Origin: an uncultured Clostridia bacterium
Lineage (GTDB): Bacteria > Bacillota > Clostridia > Christensenellales > UBA1242
Direction: 5' to 3'
Assembly: GCA_944372335.1 (NCBI GenBank)
Contig: CALVYQ010000002.1
Span: forward strand, 90,409-154,408
Length of the DNA stretch: 64,000 nt
Positions within the stretch are counted from its first letter, which is position 1; each line of letters begins with the position of its first letter. The translations under genes and the position numbers were made by a program. Below the pieces are notes generated by a model that saw only the letters and a program-made list of their open reading frames with translations, was not told the origin of the DNA and made no database searches. Shown here piece by piece: positions 61,046 to 64,000 of this stretch.

Positions 61046-61816
61046 ATGTTTATCTGGACAAGTTCAGAAGCAATTGTTTTACCTATTGCGCTTATAGTTG
61101 CAATATTAATAGCTCTTGTTGTCAGCTTTTTAACAAGAAAGAAGGGAGAGGTTGTTAGGCGTATTCCTCTTATGGTTCTATCAATCATAGTTTGGCTTTT
61201 AGAGATAGTAAAGCAAGTGCTAAATATTGTAAGCGGTTATTCCTTATGGGCTATTCCTCTTCATTTTTGTAGTTTGTTTTTATATTTTTATCCTCTTGCA
61301 AGTTTTTGCCGTGGAAGAGTGGGAGAATTTGGAAGAACAATGTGTTTTGTGACCGGTAGTTTGTTTGTTATTCTATTTTACTTTAATCCTAGCTCAATAA
61401 TTGGTTCATCATGCAATAATATCTTTCAAGACTTTTCAAGTTTCCACACCTTTACATATCATCATATCATTATCTTATTTTACTTAACAATGCTGTTTTC
61501 TAAACTATACCTTCCGTCAAAAAAAGATTTTATCTTTGTGCCAATAGGTATATTAGGCTATGCTTTAATAGCAATACCGCTAGCCTATATATTAAACGTC
61601 AACTTTTGCAACATTCTTGAAAGCAATATTCTATTTATGGAAACACTAAGAGTTAATGCTGGGCAAGTGGCTTACACAATTTTGCTAATTTTAGTTGGTG
61701 TTATTGGTGGAGAATTAATTGTTTTATTTTCAAACTTGATTTATAATAAAAAGAAGCATGATAAAGAAGATATAGAATTTAAAAAAATTATGGCTATTCT
61801 AAAAAGCGAGGTGTAA
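61046..61816 (+). CDS. YwaF/TMEM164-family integral membrane protein
   Basis: LEIVKQ...IPLHFCS...FTYHH...N.NFC; multiple TM segments. Confidence 0.8.
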   Translation: MFIWTSSEAIVLPIALIVAILIALVVSFLTRKKGEVVRRIPLMVLSIIVWLLEIVKQVLNIVSGYSLWAIPLHFCSLFLYFYPLASFCRGRVGEFGRTMCFVTGSLFVILFYFNPSSIIGSSCNNIFQDFSSFHTFTYHHIIILFYLTMLFSKLYLPSKKDFIFVPIGILGYALIAIPLAYILNVNFCNILESNILFMETLRVNAGQVAYTILLILVGVIGGELIVLFSNLIYNKKKHDKEDIEFKKIMAILKSEV

Positions 61817-61819
61817 AAG

Positions 61820-62701
61820 ATGAATATATTTGAGAAGTTTTTGGCGAGTTTAAATGGCAAGATGCCAACACCAGAGGCATTTGGTTGGTTTCATTTGATG
61901 AGTTGGGGTATAGTGATACTTCTAACAGCTTTTTTATGCACCTTGGCTTTGAAGAATAAAAAGGAAGGTAAAAGCAACGACAAGTTTATCCGTGGCGTTG
62001 TGCTAACCTATGCAATATTAGGGATAATTCTTGAAATCTATAAGCAGTTGAATTTTTCTTTCAATTCATCGACAGGCGAGTGGAGTTATCAATGGTATGC
62101 TTTTCCTTTCCAATTTTGTTCCACACCTATGTATGTTGCTCTTATTGCTGGTTGTCTTAAAAAGTGCGAATTTCAAAAATATCTATACTCATATTTAGGA
62201 ACCTTTGCTCTCTTTGCAGGGCTCTGTGTCATGTTTTATCCAGGGGATGTTTTCACTCGTACAATCGGAATAAATATTCAAACGATGGTATGCCATGGTG
62301 GCATGGTTGTTATGGGTATTTTCTTATTGGTAAGTGGAGCTATTGATTTTAAATGGAAGAGTATTTTAAAAGCTATGGCTGTTTTCTCTGTCTTAGTCGT
62401 AGTAGCTCTTGTTATGAACATAATCTTCCATAGCACCGGCAACACGGCCACATTCAATATGTTCTTTATCAGTCCATATTTACCTTGCACCTTGCCACTT
62501 TTAAACGTTATTTATGATAAAGTCCCATATATTATCTTCTTACTCATTTACTTTATCGGTTTTTCGTTGGCGGGTTGTTTAGTATTCTCCATCGCAATGG
62601 CTATAAATGGCTTTATTAAAAGTCAGCATGAAAAGAAAAACAGTTTTGATGATAAACATATTATGGATATAATTTTCAAAAATCTTAAAAATTTAGATTG
62701 A
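61820..62701 (+). CDS. YwaF/TMEM164-family integral membrane protein
   Basis: FGWFH, LEIYKQ, FPFQFCSTP, QTMVCHG, FNMFFISP. Confidence 0.82.
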   Translation: MNIFEKFLASLNGKMPTPEAFGWFHLMSWGIVILLTAFLCTLALKNKKEGKSNDKFIRGVVLTYAILGIILEIYKQLNFSFNSSTGEWSYQWYAFPFQFCSTPMYVALIAGCLKKCEFQKYLYSYLGTFALFAGLCVMFYPGDVFTRTIGINIQTMVCHGGMVVMGIFLLVSGAIDFKWKSILKAMAVFSVLVVVALVMNIIFHSTGNTATFNMFFISPYLPCTLPLLNVIYDKVPYIIFLLIYFIGFSLAGCLVFSIAMAINGFIKSQHEKKNSFDDKHIMDIIFKNLKNLD

Positions 62702-62757
62702 TTTAAAATAAAAAAAGATAGCATTAGTCGCCAATTTTTAAAACTAGCGGAATAATA

Positions 62758-62797
62758 AAAGAAACTATAGACAAAAATCAGTCTATGGTTTCTTTTT
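62758..62797. terminator. Intrinsic terminator (bidirectional)
   Basis: AAAGAAACTATAGAC-aaaaatca-GTCTATGGTTTCTTTTT. Confidence 0.7.
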
Positions 62798-62982
62798 GTA
62801 TTATCAAAATTTGCATTGTTTTGATTAACAAATTATGCGAGAGCGGTGCTAAACTCAGTTGAACGGGATATTAGAGTTTGCCATTACCCCCCCCTTATTT
62901 CTTTTACTAGTATATTCCCCACGCTTTTTATCATAATCAAAACATGACCTGCTGAATTTTACAAATTAAATCTGAAATTAAA

Positions 62983-63999
62983 TTATTTTAGTTGAGACTC
63001 GTGCTTTTTAAAGAAGTCAAATCTTGGCTCAATAAATTTAAAGGAATCAACCTCTGGATATATTTCTGCAAAAGTTTTTTCGCTGTTGTCCCAATCATAT
63101 ATTTTCTCGTCTGCGTTTATATATTCTCTGACAAGTTCGCAAGCTTTTGGAGTAATTGGGTGCAAAAGAAGAGCCCCTGTTTTTATTGCATGAATTGTAT
63201 CTGCAATAAGTTGTGCTCGCACAGAATTGTCATCAATTTTTGATTTCACCGACCAGTTGAGATTTACTTCTCTGAAATAAGTGTCAAGAAGTGGCATTAT
63301 TTCATTAAGTTTAATGTCTTTCATTTTATTTACATAATTGTGTTGAAGCTCATTTGCCATTTTAACAAACTTTTCATCAGGTCTATTTTTTGGAAGTTTT
63401 CCATCAAAATAAGTTTGCACGCTGTAGAACACAGAACGAATTATTCTGTTAAATACATTTGTTAAAATGTTTCCTTGTGCAACAACAGGATCTCCACATT
63501 TTTCAAAGTCTTCAGGGTTAAACACTTTTGATTTGAAATTTACAGCAAGAGTGTTAAGATTTTGGCTTAAAAAGTGCGTTCTTAATTGATCAACTGTGTA
63601 GTATTCCAAAAGATTATCAGCAGTTGGAGCTTTTTCACCTCCACTTGAACTTGCCTTAACATTTTCAACAAGAAGGTGTTTGTTTGCAATGACTGTTGTA
63701 ATTTGAAGATCGTTTTCAAGTGGTGTCACAGATTTTTTGTCTTGAATAGCAAGCCACAGTGCGTTTTGAGCAAGGGTGTAAAAATAAACATTATCTTCGC
63801 CAATAAATTGAGTTATTGTGCAGTTTGGACTTTTCCACCAATCTTGCCAGGTTGTATTTGATTTTGATTGCTCAAGATAAACTTTTGTAAACGAAATAGG
63901 AGCCCACAAACTCTCTGGCCACACATAAAAGGTCAAGGATTTAGCATCTTCTCCAGCACTTTGTGGAAGAGGGACTCCCCACTTTGCGTTTCCAGAAAT
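62983..63999 (-). CDS. metG: Methionyl-tRNA synthetase, divergent (5'-partial, runs off window)
   Basis: The frame is open to the window edge: ISGNAKWGVP...FYVWPES...QFIGEDNVYFY...KASSS (KMSKS equivalent)...DQLR, then a helical anticodon-binding domain with LHPITP. Confidence 0.8.
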   Translation of the reverse strand: MSGNAKWGVPLPQSAGEDAKSLTFYVWPESLWAPISFTKVYLEQSKSNTTWQDWWKSPNCTITQFIGEDNVYFYTLAQNALWLAIQDKKSVTPLENDLQITTVIANKHLLVENVKASSSGGEKAPTADNLLEYYTVDQLRTHFLSQNLNTLAVNFKSKVFNPEDFEKCGDPVVAQGNILTNVFNRIIRSVFYSVQTYFDGKLPKNRPDEKFVKMANELQHNYVNKMKDIKLNEIMPLLDTYFREVNLNWSVKSKIDDNSVRAQLIADTIHAIKTGALLLHPITPKACELVREYINADEKIYDWDNSEKTFAEIYPEVDSFKFIEPRFDFFKKHESQLK

Positions 64000-64000
64000 T

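Overview
A 64-kb chromosomal window from a low-GC Firmicute, probably a gut Clostridia-like organism (inference). It lies close to the replication origin: it starts with parA(soj)-parB and four perfect parS palindromes, and carries at least 8 perfect DnaA boxes. About 60% of the window is one intact 38-kb gene (5052-43124, 12,690 aa from the RBS-supported ATG). It encodes a signal-peptide, C-terminally membrane-anchored giant surface protein built from highly diverged InlB-B/Listeria-Bacteroides-type and MucBP-like repeats, with inserted lectin-like domains whose codon usage differs from the scaffold. To its right are two XRE genes with a phage-switch-like operator region, a SLOG-like gene, an Ord/DapB-like dehydrogenase and a thymidylate kinase-ASCH fusion. 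Next come a glycerolipid/ether-lipid scavenging cluster (YhhN, lysophospholipase, glpK, three-gene G3P dehydrogenase, DegV, three YwaF/TMEM164-like proteins) and an Eco47II/Sau96I-like type II R-M cassette with an HTH-fused methylase and candidate operator. The window ends with a ROT/TROVE-like-TerD gene preceded by a promoter-bounded, end-paired ~80-nt RNA resembling a Y RNA, and a partial divergent metG. All calls come from reading the sequence by eye; no searches were run.
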